Positions 1-7,321 of a stretch of 64,000 bases of DNA are shown piece after piece. A program made the translations under genes and the position numbers. The DNA comes from an uncultured virus (IMG/VR IMGVR_UViG_3300046507_000407) (lineage: Duplodnaviria > Heunggongvirae > Uroviricota > Caudoviricetes > Schitoviridae). The notes beneath the pieces were generated by a model. The model was not told the origin of the DNA. It worked only from the letters and a program-made list of their open reading frames with translations, and did no database searches. Each line of letters opens with the position of its first letter. The stretch's first letter is position 1. The DNA lies in the IMG/VR virus record IMGVR_UViG_3300046507_000407. One strand, written 5' to 3'.

Positions 1-2
1 AC

Positions 3-170
3 CTGTCCCTCTGGCGATTCTGGGCAATCCACCATGGCGAACTGGTCATGGAGCTCACCGAGATGGTCAAGGAGCACGACTTCCTGTTGCGCGATACGTT
101 CGCCAACACCGACACCAATCAGGCCAGAGCACTGGCCACCATTCTCAATGAATGGATCTTCCGGGAGTGA
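3..170 (+). CDS. partial hypothetical protein (5' truncated)
   Basis: Open frame from the window edge to TGA at 168-170 (LSLWRFWAIHHGELVMELTEMVKEHDFLLRDTF...WIFRE), phage-like codon usage. Confidence 0.5.
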   Translation: MSLWRFWAIHHGELVMELTEMVKEHDFLLRDTFANTDTNQARALATILNEWIFRE

Positions 171-172
171 AC

Positions 173-391
173 ATGCAATCCCTCGCAATCCAGAAAGACC
201 TGTTCAAGGCCAATGGCCAGCCGCAGGAAGAGATCATCCTGATGACCGCGGCCAACTGCCCGGTGAAATCCTTCGAGAGCCGCGAAGCAGCACTCGACTG
301 GATCGAGAAACGCAACCAGCGTCCGGGCGTGCATCCGACCGTGCGTCTCGTGCGCAAGATCACCCAGTTCGAAGAGCTCGGCTATGTCTAA
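173..391 (+). CDS. hypothetical early/middle protein
   Basis: ORF 152..391; ATG at 173 after GGGAG, tightly packed with neighbours. Confidence 0.6.
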   Translation: MQSLAIQKDLFKANGQPQEEIILMTAANCPVKSFESREAALDWIEKRNQRPGVHPTVRLVRKITQFEELGYV

Positions 392-557
392 GGTCAAGTA
401 CGTCTGTGCTTGTTGTGGCAATGACGACATTACTCGTGATGCCACGGCCCGCTGGGACATCGACAAGCAGGACTGGGATTTGTCCAGCTACGAAGACGCC
501 ACCTGGTGTGGCGAATGCGGTGACGAATGCGACATCCGCAAGGAGATCGTTGAATGA
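384..557 (+). CDS. small zinc-ribbon protein (57 aa)
   Basis: Hand-translated MSKVKYVCACCGNDD...WCGECGDECDIRKEIVE; two CxxC-type motifs; overlaps upstream stop. Confidence 0.6.
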   Translation: MSKVKYVCACCGNDDITRDATARWDIDKQDWDLSSYEDATWCGECGDECDIRKEIVE

Positions 558-694
558 CTGAAATGGTCGAGCGTTACCAGCTTGAAGTCAAAGACGAGAT
601 CCTGGTCAACTTCGAGACTCAGGAAGCCATGATCCGCTTCATCCAGCAGGAACTGCCGCAGGACATCGAGTACAACACCCGCACACTGCACTGA
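554..694 (+). CDS. small hypothetical protein (46 aa)
   Basis: ATGA overlap with previous gene, AGGAG RBS; MTEMVERYQLEVKDEILVNFETQEAMIRFIQQELPQDIEYNTRTLH. Confidence 0.55.
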   Translation: MTEMVERYQLEVKDEILVNFETQEAMIRFIQQELPQDIEYNTRTLH

Positions 695-725
695 ACCAAG
701 GAAGGAAGGAATGAAGGTTCCTTAT

Positions 726-763
726 AAGGGCATGGCGGCTTTGTTCGCTGTGCCCTTTCTTTT
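726..763 (+). terminator. intrinsic terminator
   Basis: AAGGGCATGGCGG-loop-TCGCTGTGCCCTT stem followed by TCTTTT. Confidence 0.7.
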
Positions 764-786
764 AATTCTCTCGGAGCAACTTCACC

Positions 787-1596
787 ATGACCCAAGCCAG
801 AATCGACCATCAGAAGGAACTGGAGCACCTGTTCAGCAAGAACCAGCTGATGCCTCGCATGCGTGCGGAGTTCATGGCCGAGAAAGAGATCCTCGATCAC
901 CTGAAGGCGAACGGGATTCCCGAGGCTTTCGGCATCGACCTGCTCGTCCAGATGGCACTCCACAAGCGGTGCGACCTCGCCACCCTTGTTGGCTGCTTGA
1001 GGCATCACTGTCCCAAGGCCCAGGACGTGGCTGACCTGCTGCTCAAGTGTGCGGAGGCTGACCTCGTCACCTACAACACCATCCTGCGACAGTTCATCGT
1101 CATCTTCACAATCAGTGCAGATGTGCAGGAGGAGATTGACCGCTTCCAGTATCCACTTCCCATGGTAGTGGAGCCAAGGAAGATCACACACAACAAGCAG
1201 TCTGGTTATCTTCTGAACAACTCCAGTGTGATTCTGCGGGACAACCATCACGATGATGATGTGTGTCTCGATCACCTGAACCGACTCAACCGGATGAAGT
1301 TGCAGATCAACTTCAACACAGCGAAGCTCATCAACAATGAATGGAGAAACCTCGACAAACCCAAGGAAGGTGAAACCCGGGCCGAGTTCGAACGACGCGT
1401 GCGAGCTTTCGAGAAATACGACAAGACTTCTCATGCTGTCATCGAGCTACTTGTTCGGGAAGGCAACGAGTTCCACCTCACCCACCGCTACGACAAGCGT
1501 GGCAGAACCTACGCCCAGGGCTACCACGTCAACTACCAGTCCACTGCCTGGTGCAAGGCAGTCGTCGAATTCGTCGACGGGGGGGTGACGGTATGA
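787..1596 (+). CDS. N4-like RNA polymerase II subunit 1 (RNAP1, gp15-like)
   Basis: 269 aa; FQYPLPMVVEP and C-terminal YDKRGRTYAQGYHVNYQ (DxRGR motif) typical of the N-terminal half of the split T7-like RNAP. Confidence 0.93.
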   Translation: MTQARIDHQKELEHLFSKNQLMPRMRAEFMAEKEILDHLKANGIPEAFGIDLLVQMALHKRCDLATLVGCLRHHCPKAQDVADLLLKCAEADLVTYNTILRQFIVIFTISADVQEEIDRFQYPLPMVVEPRKITHNKQSGYLLNNSSVILRDNHHDDDVCLDHLNRLNRMKLQINFNTAKLINNEWRNLDKPKEGETRAEFERRVRAFEKYDKTSHAVIELLVREGNEFHLTHRYDKRGRTYAQGYHVNYQSTAWCKAVVEFVDGGVTV

Positions 1597-1781
1597 GCGA
1601 AGCCCGTGAGGTTGCAGAAGTTCTGCGGCCGCACTATCGCTGGTGGCGAGGCAAGCAGGCCAGCACTATGGAGCTTGCCCGCCGCTTTGTGTGTTCGCAG
1701 ATGGCCGCGGAAACTTACACGGTCATCGACAACGTGGCCACAGCCCTGCACCAACTTACCAAGGAACCAAGGATTGAATGA
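1593..1781 (+). CDS. hypothetical protein
   Basis: ATGA overlap with RNAP1 stop; ORF 1551..1781 trimmed to ATG 1593. Confidence 0.55.
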   Translation: MSEAREVAEVLRPHYRWWRGKQASTMELARRFVCSQMAAETYTVIDNVATALHQLTKEPRIE

Positions 1782-1930
1782 CTGAACCCGACAAGGACAT
1801 CAGGCACATCGAACAGCTCGCTGCTGCTCATCGTCGCCTGATGCGCCTGTTTAACCCTGCCACTGCACGAGACTGGATGGAGGAACTAAGGAAGGAAGTT
1901 AGCAAGGAAACAAGGAAAGTAGGAAGCTAG
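1778..1930 (+). CDS. small hypothetical protein (50 aa) running through the repeat tract
   Basis: ATGA overlap; MTEPDKDIRHIEQLAAAHRRLMRLFNPATARDWMEELRKEVSKETRKVGS. Confidence 0.4.
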   Translation: MTEPDKDIRHIEQLAAAHRRLMRLFNPATARDWMEELRKEVSKETRKVGS

Positions 1931-1935
1931 TTTCC
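1888..1935. repeat. tandem 8-bp (4-bp periodic) repeats, putative parS/par operator
   Basis: AAGGAAGG AAGTTAGC AAGGAAAC AAGGAAAG TAGGAAGC TAGTTTCC directly upstream of parA. Confidence 0.65.
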
Positions 1936-1990
1936 TGCCAATGAAGGATCCAGTATTGTTTACATGGAACCAACCTTCATTGGAGTTCGC

Positions 1991-2632
1991 ATGCTTACAA
2001 TCGTCTTCTCCAACCTCAAGGGTGGAGTCGGCAAATCGCTGCACACAGCCAACTTCTGTGTGGCGCTGGAAGACCAGGGCCAAGGCCCGGTTGTCACGAT
2101 GGACCTCGACGAACAGGGTACTCACGCTGGCTGGTGGAATGACCGCGGCCAGATGGAGGCACCGGCATTCGCCGCTGTCAGTGACTATACGCAGCTGGCC
2201 GCAGCACACGCTGAACTGGTCAGCGCCGGCTACAGGTGGTGTGTGATCGACACCCCACCGCGGCTGGCCACTATCTGCGAGGAAGCCATCCGACTGGCTG
2301 ACCTTGTCATCATCCCCTGCAAGCACGCCGTCGGAGACATGCGCGCCACCATGAAAACGGTGGAGCTCTGTGAGAGCATGGGCAAGAAGTTCATGTTCCT
2401 GCTCAATGAGACCAACGGCAAGGCCGTGACCGAGGAGGCTCGCAAGATCCTTGCAGGTATTGGGCCGGTGCTGCCGCAGGACATCCCGAAGAACAACCGT
2501 TACTGGCAGGCACTGGCCAAAGGCAAGGGCATCACCGAGGCCACCCAGACCAGTCCTGCACTGGCCGAGACGAAACTCGTGGAATTCGTCATCGCCAAGC
2601 TGACCCGCAAGAAGGAGGCGGCACATGTCTAA
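1991..2632 (+). CDS. parA: ParA-family partition ATPase (short type Ib, no N-terminal HTH)
   Basis: Deviant Walker A NLKGGVGKS, DLDEQG, Walker B VIDTPP, ADLVIIP; 213 aa from ATG 1991 with GGAG RBS. Confidence 0.93.
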   Translation: MLTIVFSNLKGGVGKSLHTANFCVALEDQGQGPVVTMDLDEQGTHAGWWNDRGQMEAPAFAAVSDYTQLAAAHAELVSAGYRWCVIDTPPRLATICEEAIRLADLVIIPCKHAVGDMRATMKTVELCESMGKKFMFLLNETNGKAVTEEARKILAGIGPVLPQDIPKNNRYWQALAKGKGITEATQTSPALAETKLVEFVIAKLTRKKEAAHV

Positions 2633-2969
2633 ACAGCATCTGGCAGGGCTAGTCCTGCGTCCGGGTCAGGCACAGCCTGCAAGTAACCGTGAAACGAACG
2701 TTCCTTCTAACCAACCTTCCAAGGAAGGAGCCAAGGAAGCAAGGGAGGAAATAGTCAGGGAAGTTTCCATGCCGGCCGTCAAGCGTCGTCCATGGGACGG
2801 GCTCGATGAACCGGTGAAGGGTAACTTCGAGGTCAATACCCGGCTGCTGGCCAAGCTCGCCTGGCTCAAGAGTGCCAAGCAGATCCGCACCCAGAAGGAC
2901 TTCGTCGCTGAGGTGCTGGAACGGGAGGCTGACAAGCTGATTGCCAAGGCCGAGAAGGAAGGCTACTGA
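2625..2969 (+). CDS. small ParB/ParG-type centromere-binding protein (disordered N-terminus, RHH-like C-terminus)
   Basis: Overlaps parA stop; 114 aa; low-complexity N-half; C-terminal strand-helix-helix pattern KGNFEVNTRLLAKLAWLKS...QKDFVAEVLEREADK. Confidence 0.7.
   Translation: MSKQHLAGLVLRPGQAQPASNRETNVPSNQPSKEGAKEAREEIVREVSMPAVKRRPWDGLDEPVKGNFEVNTRLLAKLAWLKSAKQIRTQKDFVAEVLEREADKLIAKAEKEGY
2681..2768. repeat. second 4-bp periodic repeat tract inside the parB-like gene
   Basis: TTCC TTCT AACC AACC TTCC AAGG AAGG AGCC AAGG AAGC AAGG GAGG ... AGGG AAGT TTCC; same units as 1888-1935 in both orientations. Confidence 0.55.
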
Positions 2970-3571
2970 TGAGCGAGGAAGAGGAAAAGCAGTTTGACCT
3001 GTTCCAGGCCGAGACCACCTGGTTTCACATCTTCCGGTCCATGATGGACTCAGGCGATGCGGCGAAGATGGGGGGCAACGCCTTCATGATCTACTGCATC
3101 ATCAAGGGCCACACCAACTTCAGGACGGGCAGGGCATTCCCTGGGATCGACGTGATCATGGAGAAGGCTGGCCTGTCCAAGTCCCAGGTGCTGCGCGAGC
3201 TCGATACGCTGGAGACCATGGGCTACATCACCCGGGCCAAGGAAGGCAGGAAGAACGTCTACACGCTGCGCGAGAAGATCGGCATCACCGATGAGAAGGG
3301 CAGGCCCATGGCGGACGCCACCTGGGATTACGTGCCGGATGGCGTACGGACTGCCGTGGCTGAGCTCAAGCATGTGATGATGACCGGCGACTTCAAGGGT
3401 GCGAAGATCATCCAGATCGAGAACATGACGGTGCACTTCAACCAGTTCAACGATAATTCCAGCCAGATCAACATGCAGAGCGTGCTGGAGAACATGGACA
3501 AGCTCGACCCGGCTTCCCGGGACCGGCTGCGCAGGCGGCTGGAAGAGGTGCAGGCAAGGCAGGCTGAATAG
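2969..3571 (+). CDS. winged-HTH replication initiator-like protein (Rep)
   Basis: HTH segment AFMIYCIIKGHTNFRTGRAFPGIDVIMEKAGLSKSQVLRELDTLETMGYI resembles HTH_36-type initiators; followed directly by iteron-like repeats and DnaA boxes. Confidence 0.72.
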   Translation: MSEEEEKQFDLFQAETTWFHIFRSMMDSGDAAKMGGNAFMIYCIIKGHTNFRTGRAFPGIDVIMEKAGLSKSQVLRELDTLETMGYITRAKEGRKNVYTLREKIGITDEKGRPMADATWDYVPDGVRTAVAELKHVMMTGDFKGAKIIQIENMTVHFNQFNDNSSQINMQSVLENMDKLDPASRDRLRRRLEEVQARQAE

Positions 3572-3696
3572 GTGTCAGCCATGACACCAATCAATAGGTG
3601 TCACGGGTGACACGTATCAGCCATGACACCTGGGAAATCCGGATAGGTGTCGTGCGTGACACCCTTTCATGGGTGATAGGTGTCTTGGGTGACACC
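3568..3696. repeat. five palindromic iteron-like repeats (ATA)GGTGTCA-N4-TGACACC
   Basis: Copies at 3568-3588, 3594-3614, 3613-3630, 3643-3663, 3676-3696. Confidence 0.88.
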
Positions 3697-3734
3697 CTAA
3701 CGAGAAGAGATGTTTACGTTAACAATACAGGGAG

Positions 3735-3757
3735 TTATCCACAAAATCTGTGGATAA
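3735..3757. promoter_or_regulatory. two inverted perfect DnaA boxes (putative oriV)
   Basis: TTATCCACA at 3735-3743 and TGTGGATAA at 3749-3757, preceded by AT-rich TGTTTACGTTAACAATA. Confidence 0.85.
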
Positions 3758-3770
3758 GTCGGAGGCCATG

Positions 3771-3986
3771 ATGAGCGATCCGCAGGAACCGAAGAACCTC
3801 GTACTGGTGAAGCTCGACCAGGTGCTGACCCAGCTGGGCCTGCTGCATGACGACATGCGTCAGGTCAAGACCCGCATGTCGGCACTGGAGCGGCAGATGC
3901 AGGTCACCAGTGAGTCCGTCGTGGCCCAGTGGGACACCTTTGACAACCACGCCGACCGGCTCGCCAAACTCGAAGCCCGCAGCTAA
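3771..3986 (+). CDS. small coiled-coil hypothetical protein
   Basis: GGAGG RBS, ATG 3768/3771; heptad pattern ending RLAKLEARS. Confidence 0.6.
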   Translation: MSDPQEPKNLVLVKLDQVLTQLGLLHDDMRQVKTRMSALERQMQVTSESVVAQWDTFDNHADRLAKLEARS

Positions 3987-4041
3987 TCCTGCCTGGGTAT
4001 CATCGGGCGTCTGTCCATGAAACCCGAGCCAAGGAACGAAA

Positions 4042-4269
4042 GTGGCCATCGAAAATATCCCACGATTTGAAACGGAGGAGCAGGAACTGCGCTGGATCCT
4101 CAACGAGTTGCACCGCGAGTACCAGCGCAAGGTGGCCCCCATCCTGAAGCGGCTGTCCAAGATCGATGCGGCCAAGCCACTGCCGCCCGTGAACGTCTCG
4201 GACTATGACCACTTCAACCAGCAGCAGCTGAACCAGCTGCTCGAACAATTCAGGAAAGGCAAGCCATGA
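4042..4269 (+). CDS. hypothetical protein
   Basis: 75-aa ORF, AAGGA RBS, GTG start. Confidence 0.6.
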   Translation: MAIENIPRFETEEQELRWILNELHREYQRKVAPILKRLSKIDAAKPLPPVNVSDYDHFNQQQLNQLLEQFRKGKP

Positions 4270-4472
4270 GCCAGGAAACGGCGATACCTGAGATAACCGA
4301 GCAGGAGCTGCAAGCCACGCTTGAGACGCTCCAACGAACAGAAGGGGAGCGGGCCAAGATCGTGGTGCAACAGTGGGCCGCGACACTTGCGCACCCCACA
4401 GCAGCACAATTCGAGCTACGTCATCGACTGAGACTCGCAGCCTTCGTCAAATACGCATCGCAGCGTCTCTGA
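4266..4472 (+). CDS. hypothetical protein
   Basis: 68-aa ORF with ATGA overlap. Confidence 0.55.
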   Translation: MSQETAIPEITEQELQATLETLQRTEGERAKIVVQQWAATLAHPTAAQFELRHRLRLAAFVKYASQRL

Positions 4473-4490
4473 CGCAACACCGCATTACAA

Positions 4491-4528
4491 GAAGCCACCG
4501 TGAGGCAACTCCGGTGGCTTTTTCTTTT
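4491..4528 (+). terminator. intrinsic terminator upstream of RNAP2
   Basis: AAGCCACCG-TGAGGCAACTC-CGGTGGCTT followed by TTTCTTTT. Confidence 0.75.
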
Positions 4529-4552
4529 GGTTCCTTTTGTGGAGTGACTACC

Positions 4553-5746
4553 ATGCAACGCTTCTCTGGCCTGCAGTACCTGAAGATCGACATCGCCAGC
4601 AACTTCGGTCTGGACAAGAAGACGTGGGACGAGCGGCTCGACTGGTTCGAGCAGCACAAGGACCACCTGCACGAGCTCATCAGCCAGGCCGAGACACCGG
4701 CACTCTTCTTCGCCGGCGTGACCGCCTACGAGAAGGCACTGCGCCGTGAAGCCTCGGGCTACCCGATCTCGCTCGATGCGACCAGTTCCGGATTCCAGAT
4801 CCTCGCCTGCCTGACTGGCGACCGTCTGGCCGCCGAGATGTGCAACGTCCTCTTCACTGGCTCGCGTGAGGATGCCTACACGGGCATCTACGAGCGCATG
4901 CTCGCCAAGGTCGGCGCCGAGGGCAGGATCCAGCGCCCCGACATCAAGCAGGCCGTCATGACGGCACTGTACGGCTCGCAGGCGGTACCCAAGCAGGTAT
5001 TCGGTGAGGGGCCGCTCCTGAACATGTTCTACGAGACCATGAAGGAGGCTGCCCCCTACGCCTGGGAACTGAACGAGGCGTTCCTGTCCATGTGGAACCC
5101 GGATGCGCTCATCAACAGCTGGGTGATGCCCGATAACTTCCACGTCCATGTGAAGGTCATGGGGCTCGTGACCGAGCGTGTGCACTTCCTGGGCGAGCCC
5201 ATCGATACGGTGAAGAAGGAGAACCTGCCGACGGAGGAGGGCAGGTCACTGGGTGCGAACACCATCCACTCCATCGACGGGATGATCGTGCGGGAGATGA
5301 ACCGCCGCTGCAACTACGATCCGGCCGTCATCAACCGGGTCTGGGACGCACTGGAAGGCAAGGGCGAGATTGGCTCCGACGAAGACGATGAAATGGTGAT
5401 GCTGCTGTGGAACCACTTCCGTGAGTCGGGCTACCTGTCGGCCCGCATTCTCGATCACCTGTATGTCGACAACGTCGATCTCGTCGACGAGGTGGAACTG
5501 CGTGAACTGCTGAACAGTCTGCCGGCCAAGCCGTTCCAGCTGCTCACCGTGCACGACTGCTTCCGCTGCCTGCCGAACTACGCCAACGACCTGCGTGAGC
5601 AGTACAACCTGCAGCTGGCCCTGATTGCGAAGAGCCGCATGCTGCAGTTCCTGGTGAGCCAGATCATGGGCCGCAAGATCGAGGTCAACAAGATCGACGG
5701 GAACATGTGGACCGAGATCGCAGAAACCGAGTACGCGCTGTCGTAA
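4553..5746 (+). CDS. N4-like RNA polymerase II subunit 2 (RNAP2, gp16-like)
   Basis: 397 aa from ATG 4553; motif A LDATSSGFQ, motif B RPDIKQAVMTALYGS, ANTIHSIDG, motif C VHDCF. Confidence 0.95.
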   Translation: MQRFSGLQYLKIDIASNFGLDKKTWDERLDWFEQHKDHLHELISQAETPALFFAGVTAYEKALRREASGYPISLDATSSGFQILACLTGDRLAAEMCNVLFTGSREDAYTGIYERMLAKVGAEGRIQRPDIKQAVMTALYGSQAVPKQVFGEGPLLNMFYETMKEAAPYAWELNEAFLSMWNPDALINSWVMPDNFHVHVKVMGLVTERVHFLGEPIDTVKKENLPTEEGRSLGANTIHSIDGMIVREMNRRCNYDPAVINRVWDALEGKGEIGSDEDDEMVMLLWNHFRESGYLSARILDHLYVDNVDLVDEVELRELLNSLPAKPFQLLTVHDCFRCLPNYANDLREQYNLQLALIAKSRMLQFLVSQIMGRKIEVNKIDGNMWTEIAETEYALS

Positions 5747-5757
5747 CCGGCGATTAA

Positions 5758-5845
5758 ACCGGAAGTGGCAACAGTGAATTGTCACTTCCGGTATTGCTTT
5801 TCTGCAGGTGCATAAAAGCAACGCAAACGGTTGCGCAATCTGCGT
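5758..5845. repeat. three abutting inverted repeats/hairpins
   Basis: ACCGGAAGTGGCAA/TTGTCACTTCCGGT (5758-5792), TTGCTTTTCTGC/GCATAAAAGCAA (5794-5821), ACGCA..TTGCGCAA..TGCGT (5821-5845). Confidence 0.65.
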
Positions 5846-6204
5846 AGCCACCTGACAAGGGCGCATTATTTGCCCGACGATGTCCCTACAGCGTCCCCCA
5901 ATACTCTTACGACCGTGCGCTGACACCTTTCAGCCCGGCAACCACACGACCTCAAAGTTAGTTCTATCGTCTGATGAAAGCTGGCGAGGCTACTGCACGC
6001 CCGTTCGTAAACTGGTCCATAAAAAGACTAGATGGATCAAGAAGATAGACACGTACCAGGGAATTCCCCTATGCAGTACCCCAGCGATCCTGATGGCACA
6101 AGGACCAGCCGTGCGCAACCAAAGTTACACTCAGAAAAACCTCTTTACACCTTAGGGAAGACTTGGCAGAATTTGCCCGCACTGAAGTAAGCAATCAGTA
6201 ACTT

Positions 6205-6232
6205 TGCCCACTGTGAGCGGTGGGCATTTTTC
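6205..6232 (+). terminator. intrinsic terminator
   Basis: TGCCCACTG-TGAG-CGGTGGGCA followed by TTTTT. Confidence 0.75.
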
Positions 6233-6255
6233 ATTCCGTTCGGAGCATCAACGTC

Positions 6256-6564
6256 ATGGCCAATCCCTTCGAGTCTGCCCGTCCCCACCTCTGGAACGGG
6301 CAGGGCCAGATCGGAAGTTTCGAGAAGTACATCTGTCACGCCCTGCAGCGGGCCGCAGATCGCAAGGCGGTAACGCAGGAAGTGGCAGACCAGGCTCGGG
6401 CCATGATTTACACCCGTCTCGGTGAATACCTGAGCGTTGAAAGCTGGCTGTGCTGTGAAGCCGGCATCCGCCTCGGAGAGATGGATCCGCTATCAGTGCA
6501 GGGTTATCGCTTTCGTTGGTTGGCTGACCTCTCAGCCAAATGGAACCAAGGAGAACGGAAGTGA
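6256..6564 (+). CDS. hypothetical protein
   Basis: ORF 6220..6564, likely ATG 6256 after GGAG. Confidence 0.65.
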   Translation: MANPFESARPHLWNGQGQIGSFEKYICHALQRAADRKAVTQEVADQARAMIYTRLGEYLSVESWLCCEAGIRLGEMDPLSVQGYRFRWLADLSAKWNQGERK

Positions 6565-7310
6565 TTTTTCCCCAGCAAGAACGCGTTGTGCACCAGCTCA
6601 GCCATGTCATGCGTGTGTTCGCAGAAAGCGAAGCCGCGATCCGTCCGCACTTTCACTTCACGGGTCCGTCCGGCTCGGGCAAGACGTATCTCCTTGGCCA
6701 GGTGGCCAAGGAGTACAAGCTGCCGATCATCGAAGTGAACGCAGCCGGTATCACGGCCGAAGGTCTGTCGGGCAACTCACTGTCCAAGGCACTGCGCAAG
6801 CTGCGGGATCACTGGACCGGCCCGAACATCATCTTCGTCGACGAGTTCGACAAGCTGTTCCAGCGCAACGGCGAGCAGACCGAAGGCTTCCGCTCGATGG
6901 TGCAGGACGAGTTCCTCACAGCACTGGAGAGCAAGTACACGTCGATTTTCACGGACTACGGCAAGTACGAGCCGTTCCGCATCGACAACTCGCTATTCGT
7001 GTTCGCCGGCGCCTACTCGAACCAGAAGATCGACAACCTGATGGGTCTGAAGGATGCCGGGCTGCGCACCGAATTCATCGGCCGCGTACCGCTCGTCTTC
7101 TGTACCGAAGAGGTACCGCTCGATGAGCTGCAGAAACACATCTGCAACGTCGAGCTCTACCAGAAGTACAAGGCGCTGTACCCGAACACGAAGGACGCAC
7201 TGGCTGCACGGGTCATCGTCCAGATGATGCAGACACAGGCAGAACAGACGCCCATCGGCATCCGCCTGCTGAACAGCGTCATCCATCAATATTTCATGCG
7301 TGACATCTAG
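6561..7310 (+). CDS. AAA+ ATPase (ClpX/HslU-like nucleotide-binding domain)
   Basis: Walker A GPSGSGKT, Walker B IIFVDEFDK, FVFAGAY and EFIGRVP segments as in ClpX-type AAA domains. Confidence 0.85.
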   Translation: MIFPQQERVVHQLSHVMRVFAESEAAIRPHFHFTGPSGSGKTYLLGQVAKEYKLPIIEVNAAGITAEGLSGNSLSKALRKLRDHWTGPNIIFVDEFDKLFQRNGEQTEGFRSMVQDEFLTALESKYTSIFTDYGKYEPFRIDNSLFVFAGAYSNQKIDNLMGLKDAGLRTEFIGRVPLVFCTEEVPLDELQKHICNVELYQKYKALYPNTKDALAARVIVQMMQTQAEQTPIGIRLLNSVIHQYFMRDI

Positions 7311-7321
7311 GAGTCCTCATT

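Noticed and set aside
3568..3696. Repeats as a mini-CRISPR array
   Set aside because: Repeats are 18-21 bp with spacers of 15 bp or less, no cas operon is present, and the DnaA boxes and Rep-like gene fit an origin.
5758..5845. Palindromes as a protelomerase (linear plasmid) target
   Set aside because: They are short and imperfect, and no protelomerase-like gene is in the window; the rest of the genome is unseen.
5966..6000. CTGATGA as a hammerhead ribozyme core
   Set aside because: No GAAA follows the putative stem II, and flanking stems are not evident.
5880..6155. 91-aa ORF after RNAP2
   Set aside because: No clear RBS, atypical codon usage and no motifs; left unannotated, though not excluded.
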